Shown piece by piece: positions 60,046 to 60,060 of a stretch of DNA of 60,060 bases. Positions within the stretch are counted from its first letter, which is position 1. Each line of letters begins with the position of its first letter. The DNA is from Candidatus Omnitrophota bacterium. Lineage in GTDB: Bacteria > Omnitrophota > Gorgyraeia > Tantalellales > Tantalellaceae. The position numbers and the translations under genes are program-made. Location of the stretch: contig WJMG01000019.1 in the NCBI GenBank assembly GCA_014728075.1, forward strand, positions 1 to 60,060, given 5' to 3'. Under the pieces are notes generated by a model that was not told the origin of the DNA, ran no database searches, and saw only the letters and a program-made list of their open reading frames with translations.

Positions 60046-60060
60046 TTCGTGCGCTATTAT

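Overview
This 60,060-nt window is about 97% occupied by two head-to-tail giant ORFs on the minus strand, separated by a 286-nt visibly AT-rich spacer. The upstream ORF is 33475..60045 (8,856 aa). Its frame is still open at the window edge, so the true 5' end may lie outside. The downstream ORF is 1524..33188 (10,554 aa). Both carry recognisable in-frame family motifs along their whole length, so they look like genuine megaproteins rather than chance ORFs. Upstream giant, N to C: a Hanks-type Ser/Thr kinase, two FHA domains, a long coiled coil, a complete SecA-like ATPase motor with a large insertion in NBD2, glycine-zipper/TM segments, a ~3,200-aa TPR-like solenoid and a CPBP (CAAX/Abi) intramembrane protease signature. 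Downstream giant, N to C: a signal anchor, a Tiki/TraB/ChaN-like region, three minimal HExxH modules, and a long beta-rich region with YD-like and ~67-aa tandem repeats. It continues with a processive GT2 glycosyltransferase signature (D, DxD, ED, QxxRW) plus TM bundle, and a duplicated cassette [CBM-like beta-sandwich(es) - clan GH-A TIM-barrel-like - TM hairpin - HExxH]. It ends with three HPr-like domains, a PEP-utilizer swivel-His domain and a PpsA/PPDK_N-type ATP-grasp. Both giants end in a homologous ~370-400-aa C-terminal domain. The only other gene is a small plus-strand Y1/HUH (RAYT-like) transposase at 558..1229. It is bracketed by REP-like palindromic arrays (a REPtron), sits in a visibly lower-GC segment, and is convergent with the 3' end of the downstream giant. 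I saw no rRNA, tRNA or CRISPR array. All domain calls are by-eye motif recognition against family consensus recalled from memory. Motif coordinates were located on the nucleotide sequence; domain borders are approximate (tens of nt to ~100 nt). Working hypothesis: a two-megaprotein, membrane-embedded envelope/glycan-remodelling or cell-contact machine with a built-in translocation motor and phospho-signalling. This needs HMM/structure searches and long-read verification.
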